Below the pieces are notes generated by a model. The model worked only from the letters and a program-made list of their open reading frames with translations. It ran no database searches and was not told where the DNA came from. The translations under genes were made by a program, and so were the position numbers. Of a stretch of 64,000 nucleotides of DNA, positions 30,613-40,137 are shown piece by piece. Position 1 is the stretch's first letter. Every line of letters begins with the position of its first letter. Origin of the DNA: an uncultured Gemmatimonadales bacterium (GTDB lineage: Bacteria; Gemmatimonadota; Gemmatimonadetes; Gemmatimonadales; Gemmatimonadaceae); assembly GCA_963793305.1 (NCBI GenBank), contig CAWBZV010000004.1:32001-96000 (forward strand), in the 5' to 3' direction.

Positions 30613-32118
30613 TCAGTCTTCCCAGCCTTGCATGTACCACTGCGCGCCGCGCGTGTAGTCGACGTAGAGCACGAACGTGGCGCCGCGGCTGGTGCAGCGC
30701 CAATAGTCGCGACAGTAGGTGTCATCCCACCAATCGCCCGCGAGACGCTCCGGGCCGATCGTGCGGTCGATGGGGATGCGGCGCGTGCGCCAGTGGAATG
30801 CGACGGGGTGGTCGTCGGTGCATTCGACGTCGACGGTCTCCGGCGCCACCAGAAATCGCCTCGCGGTGTCTACCGTGGCGACGGGAGAGGGCTCGGCCGC
30901 GTCCTCGACCCAGGCGCCGCTCTTTTCTGGGCAATGGCGATCGCGCGCGACCGCGCGGACGACGGTGTTGGGGCCGAGCTCGGCGCGAAGGCGGTCGAAG
31001 GCGGCGTCGAGACCGGACGGGTCGCGCCAGGCCGTGTCGAACAGGTTGCCTTGATCGCCAGAGAGCGGCGCGGTCGCGGTGACCGCGACGGTGACGCCCG
31101 CCGCGGGCGCGGGGAGCGTGGCGCGTTCGAGCAGTGTCCGACAGCGCTCGAACATCGGCGCGACTCGCGCGAGCGGGCGAGGCATGCGAGCCTCACGCGT
31201 CACCGTGCGATTGTCGTCCAAGCGCAACGTGATGGCGACGACGGCCGCGGCGCGACCGTCGGCCACGAGCCGCGTGACGAGCCGATCGAGCGCCGCGCGT
31301 ACCAGAAACAGCACGGGCTCGAGCGTCGTCACGCTCGTCGGGAGCTCGGCGGTCACGACGCGCCGGGCTTCGATGCGCGCGAGCGCGGGCCGGCGGCGGT
31401 CGTCGCCGTGCGCGAGCCGCCAAGCGGCGAGGCCGGCGTCACCCCACCGGCGCTCCACGTCGGTCGCCGAGAGCGCCGCGAATGCACCGACGGTCCGGAG
31501 GCCCAAGGCGTGGAGCGCCTCGCGGATCTCGTCTTCGATCGGGATGAGCGTGAGCGGCGCGGTCGCCAGGTACGCCGCATCGCTTCCCGGTGGGATGACG
31601 CACACCGGCTTGTCACCCCACGTCGCGGCCCGCGCGGCCACGCACGAATCCGCGATCGCTACGCGCACATCCGGATGCCAGTGCCCGGCGATCCGCGTGA
31701 GTGTTTTGACGAGCCCGCGCTCGCCACCCACGTGATCGAGCCCACCAGCGCCGACCCACCAGACGCCGGGCGCGCCGCCCAGTGGCGTCACCTGCGGGCT
31801 GGCTTCCAAGAGTGCGGCGGTCGTATCGATGACTGCGCGCGTGATCACGACGTCATCCCACTCTTGGGACTCGAGGTCGGCGCAATGTGCGGTTGCCTCC
31901 GTGAGGGTCATCCCCACCCGGACTCGCCGCCGGCCCGCTGCACGGGAGACGGTTTTGATGCGCGAGGTCGGGTCGGTGAGCGCGAGGAGGCGATCATCCC
32001 AGTGGCGGCGGTTCTCCGAAGCGCGGCGACCGCCCTCGTCGTCCCGTGGTGCGCGCCACACCGCGCCGATCGGGAACCTCGGGATGCGTACACAAGCGAC
32101 GCGCCACTCTCTGTTCAC
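30613..32118 (-). CDS. imuB: ImuB-like inactive Y-family polymerase
   Basis: RVACVRIPRFP N-terminus, GMTLTEA, LGLRTVG, QGNLF clamp motif, GPERL.G.WW...RDYWR. Confidence 0.88.
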   Translation of the reverse strand: MNREWRVACVRIPRFPIGAVWRAPRDDEGGRRASENRRHWDDRLLALTDPTSRIKTVSRAAGRRRVRVGMTLTEATAHCADLESQEWDDVVITRAVIDTTAALLEASPQVTPLGGAPGVWWVGAGGLDHVGGERGLVKTLTRIAGHWHPDVRVAIADSCVAARAATWGDKPVCVIPPGSDAAYLATAPLTLIPIEDEIREALHALGLRTVGAFAALSATDVERRWGDAGLAAWRLAHGDDRRRPALARIEARRVVTAELPTSVTTLEPVLFLVRAALDRLVTRLVADGRAAAVVAITLRLDDNRTVTREARMPRPLARVAPMFERCRTLLERATLPAPAAGVTVAVTATAPLSGDQGNLFDTAWRDPSGLDAAFDRLRAELGPNTVVRAVARDRHCPEKSGAWVEDAAEPSPVATVDTARRFLVAPETVDVECTDDHPVAFHWRTRRIPIDRTIGPERLAGDWWDDTYCRDYWRCTSRGATFVLYVDYTRGAQWYMQGWED

Positions 32119-32677
32119 GCGGTACCTCCAGCATCTCGTGACTTCCGCCTTTCTCGACCGTGACCCGCCAGGCGCTCACCCGGAGTCGCACGGCAGTCCC
32201 CGTCTGTAGCGCCTGATCCTCGCCGAGTACGAGCAGTACAGCATCGCTCTCGCGCGAGAGCTGCGACAATCGCATGGTGACCGCCCGTGTCAGCGGCGGC
32301 GCGCTGTCGAGCACCACGAGTCCGAATGCCCCGCTCCGCAGCAAGACATCCGCGCTCCAGGCGCCGCGCTGGGGAGTCGGTGGGCGGATGACCCATAGCG
32401 TGCTCACGTGTGCCCAATCGCGCGGCACGAGCGTGCGTGTGGCGTCGATGTACGCGACCCGCTGGTTGGATCGCGTGACGATATGGCGAACGAGGGAGGT
32501 TTTGCCGCTACCGAGTGGGCCCGTGATCTCGGTCAGCCGGCCTCGGGGAAGCCCACCAGACAGCGCCCGGTCGAGTGCATCGATCCCCGTGGGCACGCCG
32601 GTGAACGGAACCGAGGGGTCGGGTGCCGTGACGGCGGCGAGGCGTTGTTTGAGAGCGATGAGAGAGGAGGCCGACAC
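31994..32677 (-). CDS. imuA: ImuA / RecA-like protein
   Basis: TGIDALDRAL.GGLPRGRLTEI.GPLGSGKTS, AYID, VVLD; upstream of imuB. Confidence 0.85.
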   Translation of the reverse strand: MSASSLIALKQRLAAVTAPDPSVPFTGVPTGIDALDRALSGGLPRGRLTEITGPLGSGKTSLVRHIVTRSNQRVAYIDATRTLVPRDWAHVSTLWVIRPPTPQRGAWSADVLLRSGAFGLVVLDSAPPLTRAVTMRLSQLSRESDAVLLVLGEDQALQTGTAVRLRVSAWRVTVEKGGSHEMLEVPREQRVARRLCTHPEVPDRRGVARTTGRRGRSPRFGEPPPLG

Positions 32678-32703
32678 GTATCATGACACCGGATTCGGAC
32701 CGG

Positions 32704-33728
32704 TCAGAACGCGAGCTGCTCTGGTGCGGGCTTGTCCACGAGATTCCAGAAACGCCGGCGCGGGTAGGCGATACCGTGCTTGGCGCAGATCTTGGCGAGG
32801 ACGCGATGCATGCCCTCACGATAGCGATCGCCAACGCTGTGTCCCTTCGCATAGGTCGCGCGATACCGGGGGCCGAGCTCTGGGAACTCGGACTCGATCA
32901 GCGGGAGATAGCGCTTCCGGGCATCGGATCTGAGCCGCAGGCTGTCGGCAAAGACCCGCTTCACGCCCAGCGCGGCGACGCGCGAACACAACGCATCGAG
33001 CGATGCGGGATCATCCGTGATCCCTGGCAGCACCGGCGCGATATTGATTCCCACATCGACTCCGGCCGCGGCCAGCCGACCCGCCGCTTTGAGCCGTGCC
33101 TCTGGAGTCGGAGACCGCGGCTCGAGGCGACGGGCCAGGTCGCGGTCAGCCGTGATCAGCGACACTTGCACGATGATCTTCGAGTTTCTCGCGATACGCG
33201 TGAGGAGGTCGATGTCGCGCGTGACCAACGGGCCCTTCGTGAAGATCACGATGCGCATATTGCCATGCTCCGCTAGCACCTCGAGAATCCCGCGGGTGAT
33301 ACGGAATCGGCGCTCGGCGGGCTGATACGGATCAGTAGCCGTGCCGAGCACGAGCGTCTCGCCTTTAATAAGCCCTGTAGGCGGTCGCTGCCATGTCGCA
33401 GCGTGTCGCGCAATACTTGAGGTGCGTTGCGTTTGACGATCACCTGACGCTCGAACGCCAGCCATGACGGGAGGGGCTCGCTGCCAGGGAGTGGCTGGCG
33501 ATCGACGACGTAGCGATGCGTAAAACGAGCGTAGCAATACGCGCAGCCGAACGCGCAGCCGACGTACGGATTGATCGACCAGTAGTCCATACCGGTCGAC
33601 TCCGGCGGGTTGAGTACGGACCGGGCCGCCGCGCCGAAGTACGCGATATCTGCCTGCGCACCCTCAGCAGAGGGTGTGCGGGGAGCCTTTTCGGCTATAT
33701 CATCATCGAAGAGGACAGTCTGCGACAC
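32704..33728 (-). CDS. Radical SAM protein, spore photoproduct lyase-like (Rv2578c-type), frameshift near 33370
   Basis: INPYVGCAFGCAYCYA (CxxxCxxC), then GTATDPYQPAE, TKG, LEPR, PVLPGITD in second frame. Confidence 0.88.
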
Positions 33729-33761
33729 TTCACACCATACCGAACAAAGACCGTAGGAGCA

Positions 33762-34121
33762 ATGTACCCGCTTCGCCTCTTCGCTGCCATAGTCATGATG
33801 ACGGCCTGTGCGTCCGGCGGTGGTTCCTTCCCGCCGACCGTTGGAGACGCCCCGTCTAACGTCGCACGTGCCAAGGACTTGATCGCCGCCGCTACCCAAG
33901 CGGGCGCGGACTCGCTGTCGAGGGAGGCTTTGGCCTCTGCTCGCGCCCACCTGACCGAGGCTGACTCGCTGACCAAGGTCAAGAAGCTGGATCGCGCCGC
34001 GCTCGCTGCGCGCCTCGCCGCGGCTGACGCCGCGTTCGCGCAGGCGGATTCCCAACGAGCACTGGCCGAGCGCGCCAAGGCTGCCGAGGCAGCCCGTCTG
34101 GCGAACGTGGGGAGCAACTGA
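33762..34121 (+). CDS. Lipoprotein, DUF4398-like
   Basis: Lipobox MTAC, Ala-rich helical, upstream of OmpA-family gene. Confidence 0.7.
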   Translation: MYPLRLFAAIVMMTACASGGGSFPPTVGDAPSNVARAKDLIAAATQAGADSLSREALASARAHLTEADSLTKVKKLDRAALAARLAAADAAFAQADSQRALAERAKAAEAARLANVGSN

Positions 34122-35008
34122 TGCGGAGTCGATTCGTAGTGACCGGAGCGCTGGTCGTCCTCGGCGCGTGTGGAGCCTCGATTCAGAAACCGGAATCGCT
34201 GACGCAAGCGCAGTCGCTCTACCAGACGTTGCAATCGCAAGGCGCGGATCGGCGGGCCGAAGGCGACATGATCCGCGCGAGGGGCGCGATCGATACGGCG
34301 CAGAGCGCGTTCTCGCAGGCGCAGAACCAGGAGTACGTGAACGGGATCGCGGCGGTCGCGTTGCGCATGACGCAGACGGCCGAGGCGAGCAACTCACGGG
34401 CGGTGGCGCAGCGCTCGACGGACAGCTTGCACGACGCGCGCCTCCAGAAGCAGCTCGCGCTCTCGCAGGCTCAGGGCGCGGCCGCGCAGGCGCGCGCGGA
34501 TTCGCTGCACAAGGTGGCCGAGGCGGCGAACGCGCAGCTCGGTCAGGCGATGCAGCAGCTGCAATCGCTGGTCAGCGAGATGACGAACATCAAGGAGACC
34601 GCGCGCGGGCTCGTGCTGTCGCTCTCCGACATTCTGTTCGACGTCGGGCAAGCGACGATCAAGCCGAGCGCGCAGAATAACATCCGGCAGATTGCCTCGG
34701 TGCTGAAGCAGTATCCGAGCCATCACATCTCGGTCGAAGGGTATACGGACGCGACCGGTGGGGATGCGTACAACCTGAAGTTGTCCGAGGCCCGGGCGGG
34801 CGCGGTGCGCGCGGCGCTCGTCGGTGGCGGCATCGACTCGACGATCATCTCGTCGCACGGATTCGGCAAAGACAATCCGGTGGCCGCGAATACGACCCCC
34901 GATGGACGGGCCGCCAACCGGCGCGTCGAGGTCATCATCGAGGGCGCCGGACTCAAGGACCAGGCGACGGGCAGCACCATGCCCAAAGACTCGGCGGGGA
35001 AGCCGTAG
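34121..35008 (+). CDS. OmpA family lipoprotein
   Basis: LGAC; EGYTD, NLKLSEARA, GRAANRRVE. Confidence 0.93.
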   Translation: MRSRFVVTGALVVLGACGASIQKPESLTQAQSLYQTLQSQGADRRAEGDMIRARGAIDTAQSAFSQAQNQEYVNGIAAVALRMTQTAEASNSRAVAQRSTDSLHDARLQKQLALSQAQGAAAQARADSLHKVAEAANAQLGQAMQQLQSLVSEMTNIKETARGLVLSLSDILFDVGQATIKPSAQNNIRQIASVLKQYPSHHISVEGYTDATGGDAYNLKLSEARAGAVRAALVGGGIDSTIISSHGFGKDNPVAANTTPDGRAANRRVEVIIEGAGLKDQATGSTMPKDSAGKP

Positions 35009-35010
35009 TA

Positions 35011-36477
35011 AGGCAGTCGCCGCTCGGTACGTCTCGCGCGGTCGCGTCGGTTCTTGCCGGCGCGGCCGCGTTCGCGCTCGTAGCGTTCGCGACGCGGCCG
35101 CCCGGGCCGGGGCTCGATCCGGACGCGGCGTCGTACGTGGGGGCCGCGGTCTCGTTCGTTCGCACGGGCGCGTTCCGCATACCGACGAGCGGGTGGGCGG
35201 CGATCGATACGACTGAGGCCCTGGCCCATTTCCCGCCGGGGTTCCCGATCGCGATCGCCGGTCCGATCGCGCTCGGCGTGTCGCCCGTGCAATCGGCGCG
35301 GGTCGTCATGGCGGTCTCCGCATTTGTGACGGCGGCCGTCATCGGCATGGCGCTCGACACGACGGCGCTCGGGTTGCTCGCCGTGGCGGTCGTCTTCCTG
35401 ACGCCGGCGATCGTCGACGTGCATCTCTCGGTGTTGAGCGAGCCGCTCTTTCTCGCGCTGCTCGTCGCGGCCCTCGCCTTGTTCGCGCGCGACGACGGGA
35501 TGTCGCGGCTCGCGCTCGGTCTCGTCGGCGCGTCGGCCGTCATGGTGCGATACGCGGGCGTCGGCATCGTGGTGGCCGCGGCCCTGTGGGTTGTCGCGCG
35601 CCGTGGTGTGCCATGGCGTCAGCGGCTGCGTGATCTCGTGCTCGTCTCGTTGCCGGCTGGGGTCGTGCTGCGCGTCTGGACCTCGCGGAACGCGGAGATT
35701 CGGCGCATCGCCAGCTATGGACACTTTGGCGCCACGCTTCGCGTTGGCGCGAATACCGTCGCCGACTGGCTCGCGCCCGGCATCACGGCTCCGGCCGTTC
35801 GCTGGGCGGTGGCCGCGGTGATCGTCACGATCGCGATCGTGACGGTTGTGAGAGCGTGGCGCTCGCGGCCGATCATTTGGGCGGCGGCGCTCATTGGAGC
35901 GAGCCTGGCGGCGATCACCGTCGTGTCGCGACTGCGCGCGGACCCGAACATTCCGTTCGACGAGCGCATTTGTGCGCCGGGGTTCTTGCTGGCCGAGCTG
36001 GCGACCGTTGCCGCGCTTGGTCAGGCTCCGCGCATCGCGAAGTTCTTACTCGGCGCCTGGGTCGTCGCGTCCGCCGTCGTGAGCACGGGCGCGATCAAGA
36101 ATGCGCTCGACGATGGGAACGACTTTGCCAGCTCGGACTGGCGGTATTCGCCGACCGTCGCCTGGGTGCGCGACTCGGCGAGCGGCCGGACTATCTACAC
36201 GAATTGGCCCGTGGCGTTGTACTTCCAGGCGGGCCGGAGCGCGCACAGTCTGCCGCCGGTGCTCGAGCCGCTGACGCTGCGTCGATTTGGCGACCGGCTG
36301 GCGCGAACGCATGGGCTCCTGGTGGCGTTCGACATCCCGAGCCCGGATGTCGCGCCACCGGATTCGATCGCCGAGCGACTCAGGCTCGCTCGGGTGGCGC
36401 GGCTCGATGATGGGACGGTCTGGGAGCTTGCTAACCCCGGCGACGCGACCCGCCCAGCAGCGTCAGGATCGCCGTGA
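35011..36477 (+). CDS. Multi-TM membrane protein, GT-C/PMT-like glycosyltransferase candidate
   Basis: TM followed by GPGLDPDAASY, HFPPG, LSEP, RYAG; first canonical start is only at 35137. Confidence 0.6.
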   Translation, partial: RQSPLGTSRAVASVLAGAAAFALVAFATRPPGPGLDPDAASYVGAAVSFVRTGAFRIPTSGWAAIDTTEALAHFPPGFPIAIAGPIALGVSPVQSARVVMAVSAFVTAAVIGMALDTTALGLLAVAVVFLTPAIVDVHLSVLSEPLFLALLVAALALFARDDGMSRLALGLVGASAVMVRYAGVGIVVAAALWVVARRGVPWRQRLRDLVLVSLPAGVVLRVWTSRNAEIRRIASYGHFGATLRVGANTVADWLAPGITAPAVRWAVAAVIVTIAIVTVVRAWRSRPIIWAAALIGASLAAITVVSRLRADPNIPFDERICAPGFLLAELATVAALGQAPRIAKFLLGAWVVASAVVSTGAIKNALDDGNDFASSDWRYSPTVAWVRDSASGRTIYTNWPVALYFQAGRSAHSLPPVLEPLTLRRFGDRLARTHGLLVAFDIPSPDVAPPDSIAERLRLARVARLDDGTVWELANPGDATRPAASGSP

Positions 36478-37111
36478 ACAGGTTCAGCAGGTCCAGGTAG
36501 ATATTGACCGCGGCCAGCACGTAGTCATCGGGGCCGAAGTAGTTCCGGATGCGCCACGTGTCGAACACGAGCAGGCCCGAGAAGACCAGGACTGTTGCGC
36601 CCGCGATCCAGAGCTGCACGCCCGTGCTGTGCACGAAAAAGTTGAGCAGCGACGCGACGATCAGCACGATCAGGCCCGTGAAAAAGAACGAGCCCCAAGC
36701 GGAGAAATCGCGGCGGCTGACGAAGGCGTACATCGTCAGGGCGCCAAACGCGGTGCCCGTCAGCAGGCCTGCCTCTTGGAGTACGCCCGGTTGGACGCGG
36801 GCGTAGTACAGCAGCATGGGCGCGAGGAAAATGCCCATCATGAATGTGAAGAGGTACACGAACCCGATGTTCGCCGGGAAGCTGCGGGCAGCGCTCTGGG
36901 CCGCGAGCAGTGGCGCGAACATCACGAGTCCGGCGATCAGCGGATGCTGAACGACAGCCTGCAGGATCGCCGGCTGGGACCACGAGAAAGCGGCGCCGGC
37001 AATCGTGAACAGTATGCCCGTGAAGACCAAGGCATAGGTACGGCGGACGAGGGTCGCTCGCTCGGCGCCGCTCCGGACGACTTGGGTCGGCAGGGCGTAG
37101 GACGTGCCCAT
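36431..37111 (-). CDS. Bax inhibitor-1/YccA family membrane protein
   Basis: RRTY, FDT, AAVNIYLDLLNLF. Confidence 0.92.
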   Translation of the reverse strand: MGTSYALPTQVVRSGAERATLVRRTYALVFTGILFTIAGAAFSWSQPAILQAVVQHPLIAGLVMFAPLLAAQSAARSFPANIGFVYLFTFMMGIFLAPMLLYYARVQPGVLQEAGLLTGTAFGALTMYAFVSRRDFSAWGSFFFTGLIVLIVASLLNFFVHSTGVQLWIAGATVLVFSGLLVFDTWRIRNYFGPDDYVLAAVNIYLDLLNLFTAILTLLGGSRRRG

Positions 37112-37176
37112 CTTAGGAAAGCTCCGAGAACTGAGGTTTGCTCTAAATATAACGGGCTGCCGAACGCGAATAGCTC

Positions 37177-37245
37177 GGGGTTGGGCGTCATCGCAGGGGT
37201 AGGCGGTCATCGCAGGGGTCGGCCGTCATCGCAGGGGTCGGCCGT
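37177..37245 (+). repeat. 19-bp tandem repeat, about 3.6 copies
   Basis: GGGGT(tgggc/aggcg/cggcc)GTCATCGCA at 37177, 37196, 37215, partial 37234. Confidence 0.9.
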
Positions 37246-37299
37246 TCGACAATTGCTTGGCCCTCCGAAAAGCAGTCGGGGCTACGCAATTGTCGAACG
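37243..37299. repeat. Long hairpin with 14-bp perfect outer stem
   Basis: CGTTCGACAATTGC...GCAATTGTCGAACG. Confidence 0.85.
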
Positions 37300-37471
37300 C
37301 CTCCCGTGGGCATCCAGCTAATGCGAGCCGCGATGAGCGACCACCGCCAGCCGGCACTGCGGCGAAAAGCGCAAGCCGGCGCTGCGTGATTTTGCAGACG
37401 CCGGCTCGTGTGCGCCCCCCTGAGAGCGCTTGCGCTGTTACGCGAGCGCCGAAGGCGCCGCGAAATGTGCC

Positions 37472-38296
37472 TTACGTTGCTTTCCGCAAATCGATGCTGC
37501 CGTTCACGGTCGAGCACCTCACGCGCGGACCGCCGGTCCCGATCTGTGCATGCAGATGATGGGGATCGATGCGACCACTCAACGCGAGTGGGTAATCAGA
37601 GTGAAAGCTGCCGTTCACCGTCGACATCTCGATGTCCGCATTGAGCTCGGTCGGCAAATACACTTTGACAGAACCATTGACGGTCGAGTACTCCAGGTGC
37701 GTCGCGTCGGATGTCGAATGCATATGCACCTCGACGTCACCGTTGACGGTGGACGCCTCGACGGGTCCGCCCATCGTGGTGGCCTCGACGCTGCCGTTGA
37801 CTGTGCTCACCTCGACCTTGCCGGTCGCACCGTCGACGAACACACCACCGTTGACGGTGGATGTCGCGATGTTGACGCCCTTCGGCAGTTGCACGGTGAA
37901 CTCGACGGAGACGTCGTCTTCGTCGTCCCACCCGTGGTGATGGTGCGAATGCGACTGATACCCGTCCTCGTCGCAACTGGACTCATTGCCCCAGAGCGCG
38001 CAGATGAGAATATCGCCGTCCAATGTCTTGTCGACGGTGAAGCGGACGACAGCCGGATCCCCGTGCCGCCAGCGCTTGTGCGCATCGACGACCACGTCGT
38101 TCCCGCTGGCCGCCTGCACGTGGACCGCCCCGGAGAGGTTCCGCACGCGGAGCCAGTGCCCACTCCCCACGTTGCCGCTCCAGTGGAAGTCCCGCGAGGT
38201 ATCGCCTCGCTCGGTCTGTGCCGACAGGGAGGCGGCCGAGAGGGCGCCGGCGGCGATCACGATGGCGAACGCGCGAATGGTCATGGTCGTTCTCAT
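37472..38296 (-). CDS. DUF4097 (adhesin-like beta-strand repeat) secreted protein
   Basis: Signal peptide, repeated STVNG. Confidence 0.85.
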   Translation of the reverse strand: MRTTMTIRAFAIVIAAGALSAASLSAQTERGDTSRDFHWSGNVGSGHWLRVRNLSGAVHVQAASGNDVVVDAHKRWRHGDPAVVRFTVDKTLDGDILICALWGNESSCDEDGYQSHSHHHHGWDDEDDVSVEFTVQLPKGVNIATSTVNGGVFVDGATGKVEVSTVNGSVEATTMGGPVEASTVNGDVEVHMHSTSDATHLEYSTVNGSVKVYLPTELNADIEMSTVNGSFHSDYPLALSGRIDPHHLHAQIGTGGPRVRCSTVNGSIDLRKAT

Positions 38297-39426
38297 TGGG
38301 AAGAGAGGTGCTCGAGGCGAATATCCCCGCTGAACGTCTCGATCTGAATGTGTGCCCCACCGTGTCCGAGCGTGGTCTCGATGTGCTGCCCACTGCCGTG
38401 ATGCCCGTTGGTGTCCGTGGTGATCGTGATGCGGAACTCGCTCTCGATCGACCCGCTGAACGTCTCCATGCCGAGCGAAGCGCCGATGTCCGGCGGCACG
38501 TGCAGGGTGACATCGCCCGAGTGCGAGTGGAAGTCGTACCGCCCATCGCCGGCGATCGGCCCGCCGTAGGTGAGGTTGCCGCTCACGGACTCCATGCGCA
38601 CGATGCGCGACCGGCCGTTCGGAAGCGAGATGTCGCCGCTGACCGTCGACGCGTCGACATCGCCATGGACCGCCGACAGCTCGATCTCGCCGCTCACGCA
38701 GTTGACCCGCAGGCTGCCCTCGACGTTGCGCACCCCAATGTCGCCGGACACGCCCTCGATGACCGCGTCACCGACGACATCGCCGACGCGCACCTCGCCG
38801 CTCACCGTCCGCACTTCGATCGGCCCTTTGACGCCCTCGGAGTGCAGGTCGCCCGACGTGCTCCTCATAAGCACACGCGTGCCGAACGGGACGGTGATGT
38901 CGAACTCGCTGTCGCCATCGTGGTGCTGCCGGACATCGAGCAGAATGCGATTCGCGCTGTGCTCGAAGTCGACGCGCCCTTCTTCGCTCGACGCGTGGAT
39001 CTTGGCTTCGCTGCGTGACCACCCGCGGACGGTAATGGTGCCCGAGATGATCCCGAGATCGACGATCCCGCCGGAGCCCGAGAACGCGACCGTCGTGTCG
39101 ATCGTCTCGCCATCCTGGTCGTCGCGCTCGTTGTCGCTGTCGCGATCGCGATCGTACTTGCGCTCGTATTTCTGGTCGAGCTTCTTGTCGTACTTTTCGT
39201 CCTGGTCGTACGCGTCGGCGAATTTCTCGTCGAAGTCTTTCGCGTAGTCCTTCATGGCTTTGGAGTAGTTCTTCGCCCAGTCCTTCCACTGATCGCCATA
39301 ATCCCTCCACTCACTCGACGAGGGAGGAGTTGGCGGCACAGGCGGCGTCGGGGGCGTGGGCGGCACCTGCGCCGCCGCGATGAGCGGGGCGGCGAGGAGC
39401 GCCAGGCAGATGAGGGTTGGTTTCAT
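38293..39426 (-). CDS. DUF4097 family secreted protein
   Basis: Signal peptide, Pro-rich linker, repeated (T/S)VSG. Confidence 0.85.
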   Translation of the reverse strand: MKPTLICLALLAAPLIAAAQVPPTPPTPPVPPTPPSSSEWRDYGDQWKDWAKNYSKAMKDYAKDFDEKFADAYDQDEKYDKKLDQKYERKYDRDRDSDNERDDQDGETIDTTVAFSGSGGIVDLGIISGTITVRGWSRSEAKIHASSEEGRVDFEHSANRILLDVRQHHDGDSEFDITVPFGTRVLMRSTSGDLHSEGVKGPIEVRTVSGEVRVGDVVGDAVIEGVSGDIGVRNVEGSLRVNCVSGEIELSAVHGDVDASTVSGDISLPNGRSRIVRMESVSGNLTYGGPIAGDGRYDFHSHSGDVTLHVPPDIGASLGMETFSGSIESEFRITITTDTNGHHGSGQHIETTLGHGGAHIQIETFSGDIRLEHLSSQ

Positions 39427-39432
39427 CGTCGC

Positions 39433-40137
39433 TCAGGTACGGGCCGGGAGTAACGCGACCGTGCGCAGAAGCGTGAGCTTCGTGTCCAGCGCGTGGTCGA
39501 GCTGATCGGCTAGGAATGCGCTGGAGGAATCTTTCCGCAGCGCGGCGCGGCTTTCGGCGATCGCCGAATCAATCACGCTCAAGTTTTTCTCGATCACCGC
39601 GATCGTCTTGGGATCGAGTTGGGCACGACGGTCGCGGACGATCGTCCGCAAGCCGTCGATCTCTCTCTCATAGGTCACGGTCGCGGGCAGTTTCTCGGCA
39701 ACCGGGATCACCGGAGTCTGGACCGGCGGCAGCGTGTTGTTCGGGTTGTTCTTGGCGAGTTGGATCGTAGGCCGCATAAACCGCATCACCGAGACCGTGC
39801 CGATCGCCGTCGCGAAGATCAGGGCGGCGGCCGCCGCGCCGTTCACCAACCAATGGCGCCGCCGCACCGCCATGCGCTCCCGTCGCTCGTCGAGCGAGAC
39901 CACACCCGTCGACAACCGGGCGGCGATGTCCGGCCACAGATCCCGCGACGGCGTGAGCAACGGCAGCTCAGCCGCCCGCGCCCGAATGTCGTCGAGGTCG
40001 CGGACCAACGACGCGCATCGCTCGCACGTCGCCAGGTGCATCCGCACCGCGGCCATGCTGGCCGCATCGAGCGACCGCTCGAGATAGTCCGGGAGCAACG
40101 CGTCACACGCGTCGCACTGCAATTCAGGTGTCATCAT
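39433..40137 (-). CDS. Anti-sigma factor, zf-HC2 plus TM
   Basis: HLATCERC (HxxxCxxC), single TM. Confidence 0.88.
   Translation of the reverse strand: MMTPELQCDACDALLPDYLERSLDAASMAAVRMHLATCERCASLVRDLDDIRARAAELPLLTPSRDLWPDIAARLSTGVVSLDERRERMAVRRRHWLVNGAAAAALIFATAIGTVSVMRFMRPTIQLAKNNPNNTLPPVQTPVIPVAEKLPATVTYEREIDGLRTIVRDRRAQLDPKTIAVIEKNLSVIDSAIAESRAALRKDSSSAFLADQLDHALDTKLTLLRTVALLPART

Noticed and set aside
30262..32163. Long opposite-strand ORFs (e.g. 633 aa here, 25192-26559, 27766-29115)
   Set aside because: Arg/Pro-rich shadows of real genes in high-GC DNA.
33360..33390. Programmed ribosomal frameshift in the radical SAM gene
   Set aside because: No canonical slippery heptamer, and the window has many indels that look like errors.
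37177..37245. Mini-CRISPR
   Set aside because: Units are contiguous with no spacers.
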